DNA of 64,000 nt from Candidatus Pacearchaeota archaeon (GCA_018303945.1 JAGVXD010000019.1:2975-66974); one strand, 5' to 3'; shown: positions 54,704-64,000, counted from the stretch's first letter. Notes: generated from the letters alone by a model not told the origin. Translations and numbers: made by a program.

Positions 54704-54896
54704 TCATCTGTTGCCTGTGCCGTCTGCCTGCCTTTCTACATAGTCGCATTTTTCACAAAAATCTATTTTACCCATAAATTTAATTTAAAAAGAGTCAATT
54801 ATCTAACATCCGCCTAGAAGGATAGGAAAATTCTATATCGTTGGCAATATCGCTTACAACCGACATATTAAAAAACACTTCTATACATGTAATTGC

Positions 54897-55418
54897 ATGG
54901 AAACAATTTATTTTCAAAATGCCTCTGAAATTAAAAGAGAAAAAGCTAATCTAGAAAAGAAACTTAAAGTCAGTATAAAAATAAATGGCAGGAAAGCAGA
55001 AATTGAAGGCGCCCCAATAGATGAATACGAAGCGACACGCATATTAGAAGCCATGCAATTTGGTTTTTCAGCTGCAAAAGCTTTATTAATGCTGGAAGAA
55101 GACACGATTTTTGTAAAATTGCACATCCGCAGCTATACAAGAAGAAAAAATCTTAAAGACGTACGTTCCAGAATTATTGGAAGAGAAGGAAAAACAAGAA
55201 GGACTGTAGAGGAGATATCTGGATGTCACATACTTGTGAAAGAAAGTGACGTTGGAGTCATAGGTTCCTCGGAAAAGATAGAAGATGCAACAACAGCTAT
55301 AATAAATATAATAAAAGGTACAAAACAAGCCAATGCGTATAGATACTTAGAAAGAAAAAATGTGGAGCGTCACTCCACAGATCTCGGTCTTAAACCTTGG
55401 AAAAACAAAGAAGAATAA
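54897..55418 (+). CDS. KH-domain RNA-binding protein (aDim2p/Pno1-like)
   Basis: GxxG loop IIGREGKTRRTVEEISGC and a two-KH arrangement. Confidence 0.7.
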   Translation: METIYFQNASEIKREKANLEKKLKVSIKINGRKAEIEGAPIDEYEATRILEAMQFGFSAAKALLMLEEDTIFVKLHIRSYTRRKNLKDVRSRIIGREGKTRRTVEEISGCHILVKESDVGVIGSSEKIEDATTAIINIIKGTKQANAYRYLERKNVERHSTDLGLKPWKNKEE

Positions 55419-55672
55419 AAAACAAAACAAAAATTAAAGATAGTATTAACGGCGTTTCTTGCGTTTTACCTTACGAGTCGCCTTTTTTGCTTTTCGTTTT
55501 TTTGCCACTTTACTACCTCTTTATATTTAGAAACATCGCGAGTATATAAAAGTATCCGAAAGAATATCTTTTTCAAGATTTGATAAAAATAATTAAATTT
55601 CCTTGCCGTCGATAAGATTATAGCAGAAAATAAAATGCAAAAATCTATATATTCTCTGAAACTAAATATAAC

Positions 55673-55954
55673 ATGGTTAAATACACTGAACGCCAAGAAG
55701 CAATTTTCAAAATAATTGTTTTAATTGTCTCTGGAGTCATTCTGTACGTCTGGATGTATCTTGCTGCAATCATTGCGCTTATCAACTGGATTTATACATT
55801 GATAAACAACAAGCGCAGTAAAGATTTGGCAGAGTTTGGAGAATTCTGGAATACAGAAACATATCGCTACGTACGTTACATATCTGGTGTTTCAAACGTC
55901 AGGCCATTCCCATTCTCTCCTCTTCAGCGCATAAGTAATTTTGTGAATAGCTAA
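55673..55954 (+). CDS. small membrane protein (DUF4389-like, tentative)
   Basis: Two TM helices followed by YRYVRYISGVSNVRPFPF. Confidence 0.45.
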   Translation: MVKYTERQEAIFKIIVLIVSGVILYVWMYLAAIIALINWIYTLINNKRSKDLAEFGEFWNTETYRYVRYISGVSNVRPFPFSPLQRISNFVNS

Positions 55955-56001
55955 GCTGCCACAGCAACGTTTAAATAAGAACTTTCTATTCGTTTTTATA
56001 A

Positions 56002-56075
56002 GTCCTCGTAGCTCAGCCGGTAGTAGCACCTGACTGTTAATCAGGGGGTCGGAGGTTCGAGTCCTCCCGAGGACG
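56002..56075 (+). tRNA. tRNA-Asn(GUU)
   Basis: Acceptor GTCCTCG/CGAGGAC, anticodon stem CCTGA/TCAGG, loop CTGTTAA, T arm GGAGG-TTCGAGT-CCTCC. Confidence 0.9.
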
Positions 56076-56133
56076 TTTTAAATATTGACTGCCGTATAAT
56101 AAAAAAGTCACAACATCACTTACGGGTTGGTTT

Positions 56134-56370
56134 TTATAAATTTCTTGACACAAAATAAGACACTATTGCCAAAATAATTAATATTACTGTTATTGCAATA
56201 AATATCCTGTGTCTCTTTTCTTTCCCTTTCCGCTCCTCAGCTCTTTCGTAAGCTTCATTTATCTCGCGCTTTTTTTCATCACTTAAACGCAGCTGCTCTC
56301 CCTTGGGATAACGAAAGCTTTTCAGCCCACCAGTTATTACTTCCTCGCTCATGAAGAAGAATACAGTCAA
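56134..56370 (-). CDS. small single-TM protein
   Basis: 78 aa with a charged N-terminal half and a C-terminal TM helix. Confidence 0.4.
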   Translation of the reverse strand: MTVFFFMSEEVITGGLKSFRYPKGEQLRLSDEKKREINEAYERAEERKGKEKRHRIFIAITVILIILAIVSYFVSRNL

Positions 56371-56403
56371 AAGTATTAAAAGATTGTGTTTCGCTCTTTA
56401 TTT

Positions 56404-57516
56404 ATGGATAAAATGTGCGAAAAGAAAAAAACGGTGCTTCTAGGCATGTCTGGAGGAGTAGATTCAAGTGTCGCTGCTCTTCTCTTAAAGAAAAAAGGAT
56501 ATAATGTTATAGGAGCATTCCTGAAGATTTATTCTGATACAAAAAACAAATTAACCGGTCAATGTGCCTATCTTGATGAGTTAAAAATGGCTAGAAAAAT
56601 ATCATCTATTCTTAATATTCCACTCATAGTTCTTGATTATGAAAAAGATTACAAAAAGCACGTTCTTAACCCTATGTTTAAATCATATGCTTCAAGCAAA
56701 ACGCCTAATCCCGACATTTCATGCAATGCGATTATAAAGTTCCCATTCCTCTGGAAAGCTGCAAAGAAATACAAAGCAGACTTAATTGCAACTGGACATT
56801 ATGCAAAAATAAAGAAATACAAAAAAATCTGTACATTATTAATGGGAAAAGACAATACTAAAGACCAATCATATTTTCTTGCAGAGCTTGCTCAAAAAGA
56901 CTTGTCACATACCATCTTTCCCATAGGAAATTATACAAAGAAGCAAATAAGAGATATTGCAAGAAGAAATAACTTCCCAAATTGGAATAAGCATGGAACT
57001 GTTGGAATATGCTTCGTAGGACAGCAGAATATGCAGAATTTCTTGAAGCAGAAAATAAAAGAAAAGCCCGGAAAAGTAATAACTCCGACGGGAGATATTA
57101 TAGGCACTCATAAGGGCATTTCTTTTTACACAATAGGCCAAAAAACAGGTGAACACATAGGAATTAATGTGAAAAAGCCAAGAGAATTTGCACAAAAAAG
57201 ATTCTATGTGGGAGAAAAAAGAAGAAATAACCTTCTGGTTGTTGCTCCCGAAGGGCATCCGGCGTTAAAAAGAAGAAAAGTTTTAATTAAAAATCTGCAT
57301 TTAATAAATGCCAAATCCAAAATTCCAGCTCAACTAAAAGCAAGAATCAGACATCTGGGATTTTTCCATCTGGGCAAATTAAAGAAAACTACTAATGGCT
57401 GGTCGTTCACTTTCAATAAACCATTGGAAGCTCTCGCAGAAGGCCAATACATTGTCTTCTACAAAGGAAGGGAAGTCATGGGCTGTGGAGAGATGTCTTT
57501 GACCTATAGGAAATGA
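56404..57516 (+). CDS. mnmA: tRNA-specific 2-thiouridylase MnmA (bacterial/organellar type)
   Basis: PP-loop LGMSGGVDSSVAA and conserved Cys contexts (PNPDISCN, GICF). The stop codon lies inside the left MITE copy. Confidence 0.85.
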   Translation: MDKMCEKKKTVLLGMSGGVDSSVAALLLKKKGYNVIGAFLKIYSDTKNKLTGQCAYLDELKMARKISSILNIPLIVLDYEKDYKKHVLNPMFKSYASSKTPNPDISCNAIIKFPFLWKAAKKYKADLIATGHYAKIKKYKKICTLLMGKDNTKDQSYFLAELAQKDLSHTIFPIGNYTKKQIRDIARRNNFPNWNKHGTVGICFVGQQNMQNFLKQKIKEKPGKVITPTGDIIGTHKGISFYTIGQKTGEHIGINVKKPREFAQKRFYVGEKRRNNLLVVAPEGHPALKRRKVLIKNLHLINAKSKIPAQLKARIRHLGFFHLGKLKKTTNGWSFTFNKPLEALAEGQYIVFYKGREVMGCGEMSLTYRK

Positions 57517-57568
57517 CTTTAATATAGATAATTCTCCATAATCATACTCTCTTCCGTGATTTCCTATA
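57505..57568. mobile_element. 64-bp foldback MITE, left copy (10-bp TIR TATAGGAAAT/ATTTCCTATA)
   Basis: Exact reverse complement of 58947-59010. The terminal TA dinucleotides are consistent with a TA target. Confidence 0.7.
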
Positions 57569-57598
57569 AATGGCAAACAACACCTTTTTATATCTCCA

Positions 57599-58177
57599 AT
57601 GCTTATGGAAAATATGGAATTTGACAAGGTTGTCGAAAAGAGGCGCTCAATAAGGTCTTTTAAAAAAAAGGCGGCAAATTGGCGAGTGGCGATAGAAGCA
57701 ATAGACTCCATAAGAAACAATCCTTTCGCAGGAAACAAGAATAATCTGCATTTTATTATAGTGGAAGACTCTAAAAAAATAGACAATATATCTAAATGCT
57801 GTGAACAAGATTGGATTCTAGATTCAAATCTCCTTGTCTTAGTATGTTCAGATGAAAGTTTAATAGAAGAAATGTATGGTGAGCGCGGCCGTATTTATTC
57901 AAGACAGCAAGCAGGAGCAGCAATAATGACTCTTCTTCTAAAACTAACAGATGCTGGAGCCGCCGCCTGTTGGGTGGGTGCGTATAATGATAAAGAAATA
58001 AGAGATATTTTGAAGATACCTGAGAAAATAAACATAGAGGCAGTAATACCTATAGGTTATGCTTCTGGAAAAAATGAAAAGCCCAGAAAGAATGAGCCTA
58101 AAATGTATTGGGAATCATGGGGTGAGAGAAAAAGGCCTACAATTTTCACAGAACCGGGAATACACGACAACATATAA
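57599..58177 (+). CDS. nitroreductase-family protein
   Basis: FDKVVEKRRSIRSFKKK N-terminus. Size and pattern are typical. Confidence 0.8.
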   Translation: MLMENMEFDKVVEKRRSIRSFKKKAANWRVAIEAIDSIRNNPFAGNKNNLHFIIVEDSKKIDNISKCCEQDWILDSNLLVLVCSDESLIEEMYGERGRIYSRQQAGAAIMTLLLKLTDAGAAACWVGAYNDKEIRDILKIPEKINIEAVIPIGYASGKNEKPRKNEPKMYWESWGERKRPTIFTEPGIHDNI

Positions 58178-58179
58178 TC

Positions 58180-58533
58180 ATGAATGAATATCATGGAATA
58201 ATTATTGATATAAGTCTCCGCAATCCATTATTTATTGAAAAATTTAACATAATTGGCTCTAAAAAAGGTATGGATTATCAAGCTTACAAAGTTCTTGTTG
58301 AGCGTGAAGATATTAACTCGGTTATGCTCGAAATGCAAAAAAACTTAGTTGAAGGATTTTACTGTCACTTTTATGACAATTCCTCTTTGTTTGTTGTTTT
58401 TTCTGATAAAATATTCAAAGCCATTCCTAACCCTAAAAGCTGGAGCAAGATAATAAAGCATGGTCGGCTTAGGGGAATACCCGAAGAACAGCTTGATTTC
58501 TCTCCATCTAAATTCGAAGAAGAAGAATGGTAA
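58180..58533 (+). CDS. hypothetical protein
   Basis: 117-aa ORF that starts 2 nt after the nitroreductase stop. Confidence 0.5.
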   Translation: MNEYHGIIIDISLRNPLFIEKFNIIGSKKGMDYQAYKVLVEREDINSVMLEMQKNLVEGFYCHFYDNSSLFVVFSDKIFKAIPNPKSWSKIIKHGRLRGIPEEQLDFSPSKFEEEEW

Positions 58534-58612
58534 TTAATGTTTCTGAAATAGAATTAATTTCTAAGTAGTAACTAGATAGAAAGAATTAATAGTATGTATT
58601 TTAACAAGAAAT

Positions 58613-58936
58613 ATGGGAAAGTTAATTGCGATTGTACCGAAAAACCCCGTACCAAATGCTGTTTCAGTTAAAGAAGGATATTTTCCCCTTCCATTGCAGA
58701 GAGTTGGACCAGGTACATGGCATAATATAATGAGAGCAGATTATGGAGTTAATCTTATTGATGGAACTAGACTCGTAAAGCCAACGAATGCCAAAAGTGG
58801 AGAAATTGTTACAAGAGTTCTCGCGTTGTGCGACAGCGGCTTTCACGGCCGGTTTGGTATCATTAATGGCAAAAGGTTTAGTAATTGCTCTTTTGGGTTA
58901 TCTGAAAGTGGCTTAGCCACTCGCGCAAAAAATTAA
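58613..58936 (+). CDS. hypothetical protein (3' end homologous to that of 60580..61041)
   Basis: 107 aa. The last codons and the following 14 nt match 61027-61048 (CGCAAAAAA.TAAGTAGATTTT). Confidence 0.5.
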   Translation: MGKLIAIVPKNPVPNAVSVKEGYFPLPLQRVGPGTWHNIMRADYGVNLIDGTRLVKPTNAKSGEIVTRVLALCDSGFHGRFGIINGKRFSNCSFGLSESGLATRAKN

Positions 58937-58946
58937 GTAGATTTTT

Positions 58947-59010
58947 TATAGGAAATCACGGAAGAGAGTATGATTATGGAGAATTATCTATATTAAAGTC
59001 ATTTCCTATA
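58947..59010. mobile_element. 64-bp foldback MITE, right copy (inverted orientation)
   Basis: Perfect reverse complement of 57505-57568. Identity extends 2 nt further on the inner side. Confidence 0.7.
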
Positions 59011-59060
59011 AAAAAAATAAAAAAGGAAGAGAAAAAAATAAAATAAAATATCTCGTCCTT

Positions 59061-60140
59061 CTATCTAAAGACTTCTATGCCAAGATCAGACATCTCCGAC
59101 TTGATGTGCTGCTCTTCGCGTTGGGATCTTCTTCCTACGATATAAGCCGATTTGACACCAGTCATAATAGTTATAACTCGGACACGATTAGCGAATTCTT
59201 TGTTAATTCTAGCTCCAATAATAACTTGGGCATCTTGGCTGATGTTCTCTGTTACAAGTTCACCTACGCCTGAAAATTCTTCAAGTTTGAAATCAGGACC
59301 ACAAGTAATGTGGATTAACGCTCCGGTTGCTCCCTTGTAATCGACATCCAATAAAGGATGTGTTAAAGCCTGTCTTACTGCCTCATTAACTCTATCAGTT
59401 GTGTCAGACTCTCCAACACCGATAACTGCAACATCTCCGTTCTTCATAATAGCTGAAACGTCAGCATAGTCTAAGTTAATCAATGATGGCAAGGTAATAG
59501 TTTCCACTATGCCTTTAATCATTGTACTTACCAGCTCGTTCGCTACTGCAAAGGCTTGTTCCATTGGCAAATTGCCGGCTATATCTACTAGGCGATTGTT
59601 ATCAATAATTATAACTGTATCTGCAACTTCTGTCAATTCCTGTAATCCGAATTCTGCCTTATCATGTCGTGCCTTTTCACATTCAAAGGGCATTGTAACG
59701 ACTGCAATAACGACTGCGCCTGACTCTTTAGCCAATTGCGCAACCACCGGTGCAGCTCCTGTTCCAGTGCCTCCGCCTAATCCAGTCAATACAAACACCA
59801 TATCTGCCCCGCCAACAGATTTTTTAAGTTCTGATAGCGATTCTTTAGCCGCTTCTCTACCCTTTGTAGGATATCCTCCGCAGCCAAGACCTCGAGTAAG
59901 CTCCTTTCCGATAAGAATTTTCTCATCGCCTTTGGTAATGCTCAAGTGCAAAGCGTCAGTATTTACTCCATAGATTGTAGCACCATTAATGCCTTTGTTG
60001 AAAAGCCACGTAGTCATATTACATCCTGCTCCTCCGCACCCAACAACCTTGATATTTGCCTTTCCGGCTCGTAATTCGTCAAAGTTAATGCTATGTGTAG
60101 AAGCGTTCTGTATGGCCTCTTTTGCAAAATCTAGTACCAT
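59061..60140 (-). CDS. ftsZ: cell division protein FtsZ
   Basis: GGGTGTGAAPVVA tubulin signature and the N-terminal GCGGAGCN. Confidence 0.95.
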   Translation of the reverse strand: MVLDFAKEAIQNASTHSINFDELRAGKANIKVVGCGGAGCNMTTWLFNKGINGATIYGVNTDALHLSITKGDEKILIGKELTRGLGCGGYPTKGREAAKESLSELKKSVGGADMVFVLTGLGGGTGTGAAPVVAQLAKESGAVVIAVVTMPFECEKARHDKAEFGLQELTEVADTVIIIDNNRLVDIAGNLPMEQAFAVANELVSTMIKGIVETITLPSLINLDYADVSAIMKNGDVAVIGVGESDTTDRVNEAVRQALTHPLLDVDYKGATGALIHITCGPDFKLEEFSGVGELVTENISQDAQVIIGARINKEFANRVRVITIMTGVKSAYIVGRRSQREEQHIKSEMSDLGIEVFR

Positions 60141-60283
60141 TTATCTTTACCTCCTTTCAATTATGTACTAAACAACAAAAAACTAGTATTTATATTTGAC
60201 TGTGGTAAAAAATATGGGTTATTCACATAAGAGTTAAGAAAAGGAAGATACATATGAAATTATGAGAAGTTTGCAATATTATG

Positions 60284-60375
60284 GATAACTAAATTGTTTA
60301 TACCTCGCAGAAGAGCAGTTATCCAGACAGAGAACTGTGTAGGTTATAGCTCACATTGTGTGCAGTTCTCTGTAT
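60284..60375. repeat. hairpin repeat, family R1 copy 3 (two hairpins)
   Basis: GATAACT..AGTTATC followed by CAGAGAACTGTG..TGCAGTTCTCTG. Confidence 0.7.
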
Positions 60376-60579
60376 CTTTGAGCAAAGGAATGATGCGAAC
60401 AAGATAGAAAAAATGCAAATTTAGGTGAAGAAGGCATGAGCTTAAACCTCAAGGTTTACTCATGAGTTAAAAATCTGTCAGATGTTAATTTTAAACTATT
60501 ATCAACTGCTGAATCTCTTGCAGTTGCAAGTTATAATTTTCCGAATCTTGCTAAACCTAAGATATTCAATCCAAATTAT

Positions 60580-61041
60580 TTGCAAGCAGGAAGAATTGTA
60601 ATAACTAATGAAGGAGTTTGGATAAATCCTTTAACAGATGATAAAGGAAATATAATGATAGATGATAAAAAACTTGAAAATAGTCTTAATGGAGTAAGAA
60701 AAGTAAATGGAATATACTTGCTTGATGGAGATACTTCTTTTGTTCCATATGGTTCTTTTGAGCGAGGCGTACAAGAACACGGAAAGTTTTTATTATCTCC
60801 TATTGCAAATGATACTGAATATCCTAAAGGTGTTAATGTTTGGGGATTTGATTCAGTTAAAAAGCCTGTTGTGAGGGTTGTTGGCTTGTACTCCTTCAGG
60901 GTTGTTGGCTTGTACTCCTTCAGGGTCCTTGGCGATGGCAGGTTGGATGTCAGCGGCAACGGCTGGCTCGACGACCTCTACGGCTGTGCTTTTGGGAATT
61001 TGGTTTCCCCTGTTTCCGCGCGAGCGAACGCAAAAAAATAA
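60580..61041 (+). CDS. hypothetical protein with internal 24-nt tandem duplication (TTG start; frame open from 60466)
   Basis: Chosen over the antisense 127-aa ORF because its 3' end is homologous to that of 58613..58936. The tandem repeat spans 60875-60922 (VVGLYSFR x2). Confidence 0.4.
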   Translation: MQAGRIVITNEGVWINPLTDDKGNIMIDDKKLENSLNGVRKVNGIYLLDGDTSFVPYGSFERGVQEHGKFLLSPIANDTEYPKGVNVWGFDSVKKPVVRVVGLYSFRVVGLYSFRVLGDGRLDVSGNGWLDDLYGCAFGNLVSPVSARANAKK

Positions 61042-61077
61042 GTAGATTTTATGTCTCTCACTATAAATTCAATAAAG

Positions 61078-61749
61078 CTAGATTTTTTCTAAAACCTTAG
61101 CCGCAATGTTCCTTGATTCACATAAAGACACAAAATGATTTGCATCTTCAACATTTCCAGCTACTCCTGCCCCATAATGCATGGGTATTGCGATGTAAGG
61201 ATTAAGCATGCCTGCTGCATCTGCAGCTTCCTCGGCGTTCATGACATAAGTGCCTGACACGGGAAGAAGAGCTACGAATATATTATCATGTTTTCCATAA
61301 CCGCTAAGTTTTTGCATTTCTGGTATCTTGTCGGTATCGCCTGCATGATAAACTATTACTTTATCCATCTTTATAATATAACCTATACCACCTTCAGATT
61401 TTGGATGAAAATCCTTGCCGATATTATAGGCAGGTACCGCCTCTATCTTTATGTTGCCTAGAGTAATCTCATCTCCTGATTCAATAATTTGCATCTCAAC
61501 ACCTTCAATGTGTGTAATTTTACTCTGCGCATCTGGCGTAGTTAAAATAATTGTGCCGGATTTTGAGATATTTCCTATATCCTTGATGCTGCAATGATCA
61601 GAATGACTGTGAGTAATTAGGATAAAATCTGCAGGTTCAACAACTGGTGAAACATTATATGGGTCTATGATTATTCTCTTTCCTCCGGGAGTAATTATGA
61701 GAAATCCATCATGACCTAAAAATTGTATATCTGCCTCGCCTATATTCAT
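61078..61749 (-). CDS. MBL-fold metallo-hydrolase
   Basis: The HSHSDH motif plus downstream His and Asp ligands. Confidence 0.8.
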   Translation of the reverse strand: MNIGEADIQFLGHDGFLIITPGGKRIIIDPYNVSPVVEPADFILITHSHSDHCSIKDIGNISKSGTIILTTPDAQSKITHIEGVEMQIIESGDEITLGNIKIEAVPAYNIGKDFHPKSEGGIGYIIKMDKVIVYHAGDTDKIPEMQKLSGYGKHDNIFVALLPVSGTYVMNAEEAADAAGMLNPYIAIPMHYGAGVAGNVEDANHFVSLCESRNIAAKVLEKI

Positions 61750-61779
61750 TTTAGAAAAAGTCTCTGGACGCTTATAAGT

Positions 61780-63081
61780 TTAATGGTTAATCAGTTCCGT
61801 CATTTTTGCTATACTAAGCATCCTGGCATCTTTTCCTTTGGCGCACATAATTTGCATCCCGATAGGAACTCCGTCTATTTTCCCAGCCGGAATTGAAATT
61901 GCACATATTCCTCCAAGATTTGCCGGAATTGTCAATGCATCATAAGCATAAATCTCTTCTATCTTCATTTTCATGCCTTCCCCTAATTTCCACGGAAGTC
62001 CTGGACAGGTAGGAAGCATGATGCAATCAACTTCCTTAAATGCCTGCTCAAATTCTTCCGCAATAATCTTCTTTACAGCAAGAGCTTTTTCATAATACGC
62101 TCCTTCAAATTCTGCCTTTGTTATCTCACTTCCTCCTAAAATTCTTCTTAAAACTTCTTCTCCGCACGCCTTCTCTATCTTCTTTCCATATCTTCTGCCG
62201 TCAAATCTTCTAGTTGCAGAGAAAAATTCTGAATAGACAAGAGGATAATATGTCTGAACAGCCAAATCAATGTGATTGATATTAATTTCTTTTTTCTTCC
62301 ACCCGTTATTTTTGCATATCTCGTTAATTCTCATGTCAATTAAATTTTGTATCCTGTCTTCAACACCTTTTATTTTTAAAACTCCCACCTTAATATCTCT
62401 TACTTTCTCAAGACTTATTTTGCCATAATCTTTTGTCATATTATCCCTCTCGTCTTTACCCCTGATAACATCCAGAACTAGAAATGCATCAGAAATATTA
62501 TTTGCCAATGGTCCAATCTGGTCAAGACTCATAGACAAATCAATTAATCCATACCTGCTAACAAGTCCATAGCTTGGTTTCACTCCAACAATTCCGCAAT
62601 GGCTTGCCGGCGTTCTAATGCTTCCTCCAGTATCGCTCCCAAGGGCAACATCGCAAAATCCTGCTGCAACTGCTGCTGCACTGCCTGAACTGCTTCCGCC
62701 TGCAACTCTATCTGGGGCGCGAGGATTATGCGTTGCTCCAAAAGAGCTATTCTCTCCAGACCCCCCAGCAGCAAACTCATCGCAGTTAGTCATTCCTATA
62801 ATAAGCCCGTCCTCTTTCTTTATTTTCTCAATTGCTCTTGCATCATAGCCGGCTCGGTAATTCTCAAGAACTTTTGAAGCGCAATTGCATATCATTCCCT
62901 TAACATTTATGTTGCTCTTAATAGCGAAGATGTAGCCATATAATCTGCCCTTGGATGATTTTTTATCAATTTCCTCCGCTTCCTTTACAATATTATCATT
63001 AATATACAGAAAAGCATTAATTTCCTTGTCCCGCTTCTTTATTTCTGCCAGATATGCCTTGGCTTTTTCAGCAAATTCCAT
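61780..63081 (-). CDS. gatA: Asp/Glu-tRNA amidotransferase subunit A (amidase signature)
   Basis: GGSSSGSAAAVAAG and the Ser-cisSer-Lys context. Confidence 0.9.
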   Translation of the reverse strand: MEFAEKAKAYLAEIKKRDKEINAFLYINDNIVKEAEEIDKKSSKGRLYGYIFAIKSNINVKGMICNCASKVLENYRAGYDARAIEKIKKEDGLIIGMTNCDEFAAGGSGENSSFGATHNPRAPDRVAGGSSSGSAAAVAAGFCDVALGSDTGGSIRTPASHCGIVGVKPSYGLVSRYGLIDLSMSLDQIGPLANNISDAFLVLDVIRGKDERDNMTKDYGKISLEKVRDIKVGVLKIKGVEDRIQNLIDMRINEICKNNGWKKKEININHIDLAVQTYYPLVYSEFFSATRRFDGRRYGKKIEKACGEEVLRRILGGSEITKAEFEGAYYEKALAVKKIIAEEFEQAFKEVDCIMLPTCPGLPWKLGEGMKMKIEEIYAYDALTIPANLGGICAISIPAGKIDGVPIGMQIMCAKGKDARMLSIAKMTELINH

Positions 63082-63130
63082 AAAAAGTACTTATTTTCTA
63101 TATATATGAACTTTTCTTTTTTATATGCCC

Positions 63131-63622
63131 TTACCATGAAATTTTGGAGAATGGCTTCTTAATGTACATAATCTCCTGCAATTCATAAAATTCTATGGTT
63201 GTAGCAACCTGATCGTCAAAATATCTCAATTGATAATCTTTTTCATTCTTTGAATTAAATATTTCTATAGCCATTTCTTTTGTGCTTTCATGATTAATAA
63301 GAACATAATGTGCATCAATATCATATATTACGCCATCAATATCAATTTTATCTCCTCTTTTAAGCTGTGAAATGGGCTTAGAAGCACTCATCGTATAAGT
63401 TCCTTGTTGTACTGACTCATATTTTTCTTCAATGCCGTCAAGTTCTCCATCAAGCTCGTCTTCGCTCAAACCTTTCTTTTTTTTCAGCTTTGATTGTGCA
63501 TAATTTACATCCTCATCATCAGCAAATGCATCGTCTAAAGAAACTCCCCCATCTTTTACATTTTTCTTTGCCAACTTTATTTTCTTCTTAACTACCATTG
63601 TTTCTTCTCCGCAATAATGCAC
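63131..63622 (-). CDS. hypothetical protein located between gatC-like and gatA
   Basis: 163 aa with a charged low-complexity N-terminal half and a beta-rich C-terminal half. Confidence 0.45.
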   Translation of the reverse strand: MHYCGEETMVVKKKIKLAKKNVKDGGVSLDDAFADDEDVNYAQSKLKKKKGLSEDELDGELDGIEEKYESVQQGTYTMSASKPISQLKRGDKIDIDGVIYDIDAHYVLINHESTKEMAIEIFNSKNEKDYQLRYFDDQVATTIEFYELQEIMYIKKPFSKISW

Positions 63623-63852
63623 TCGTCATCGTGTTGAGGTGCATTTTTAAACATGCTCTCCCTAAAATCATCATCTTTAACTATCACTCCGTTTTCTTCA
63701 CGAAATCCCTTGCTTTTAGACATAAATGGCTTACTTTTCTCTATTTTAATATTCACCAATGCCTTGCTAAAATTTTTAAGAATGTCCTGGGCTTCTTTTT
63801 TAATTGATGTCCTCTTCTCTTCTGAAATCATGTTTTTTTGAAATAAAACCAC
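63592..63852 (-). CDS. gatC: GatC-like amidotransferase subunit C (tentative)
   Basis: Small size, ...FREENG....DDDFRESMFKNAP resembling the GatC C-terminal R.D...NAP pattern, and synteny with gatA. Confidence 0.5.
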   Translation of the reverse strand: MVLFQKNMISEEKRTSIKKEAQDILKNFSKALVNIKIEKSKPFMSKSKGFREENGVIVKDDDFRESMFKNAPQHDDECIIAEKKQW

Positions 63853-63876
63853 TTTATAAAGATATTGTGCTCCAAT

Positions 63877-64000
63877 TTATCTGAAAAGAATTAGTTTATA
63901 TCCGCAAGAGCCAAGATTATAGATTTTTGTTCTTCCTGATTTTACTGCGCCCTTGCCTTCATGAATATGCCCGCAAATTACATATTCTGGCTGATATTTA
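63877..64000 (-). CDS. metallophosphoesterase, C-terminal fragment (5' end outside window)
   Basis: Translates to ...PEYVICGHIHEGKGAVKSGRTKIYNLGSCG. Confidence 0.5.
   Translation of the reverse strand, partial: KYQPEYVICGHIHEGKGAVKSGRTKIYNLGSCGYKLILFR

Noticed and set aside
55466-55696. 76-aa minus-strand ORF, and an alternative 19-codon GTG-initiated basic peptide (MAKKRKAKKATRKVKRKKRR) resembling L41e-type microproteins
   Set aside because: The 76-aa ORF is low-complexity and overlaps the promoter and start of 55673..55954. The micro-ORF is too short to support from sequence alone.

Overview
This is a low-GC archaeal chromosome segment, DPANN-like by gene content. Archaeal markers include Cdc48, MCM, aRF1, aIF2-beta, TFS, L15e, NAC, Sec61-beta, FtsZ, type-2 MetAP and intron-containing tRNAs. 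Housekeeping genes (metG, valS, purF-like, gatCA, topA, mnmA, map) are interrupted by three accessory regions. (1) About 12.6-20.1 kb is an integrase-bearing element inserted next to an intron-containing tRNA-Lys. It carries a MoxR AAA+ ATPase, a protein combining an HExxH motif with a vWA/MIDAS domain, a small RHH gene, and a tandemly duplicated pair of overlapping unknown genes. (2) About 21.3-26.2 kb is a cassette-like region ending at a XerA/XerCD-like tyrosine recombinase. It contains a compact three-gene module flanked by 33-bp direct repeats: a 49-aa peptide, a TraB/Tiki-like protein and an E1/ThiF-like adenylase with an RRE-like N-terminus. It also contains unclassified structured elements. 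(3) About 36.3-40.9 kb is a toxin-antitoxin-rich island with decayed genes and two more copies of the structured element. In this element family a conserved upstream arm and downstream arm, with nested long-range complementarity and compensatory changes in their hairpins, bracket a different small ORF at each locus. I could not assign the family to any class I can name, and I consider it the most interesting signal. The peptide/TraB/E1 module and the MoxR-vWA element come next. Other observations are a 64-bp foldback MITE present twice in inverted orientation, two families of post-gene hairpin repeats, several pseudogenes and a fungal TYR1-like prephenate dehydrogenase. I found no rRNA genes and no CRISPR array. 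All homology calls rest on motifs read by eye and need database confirmation.
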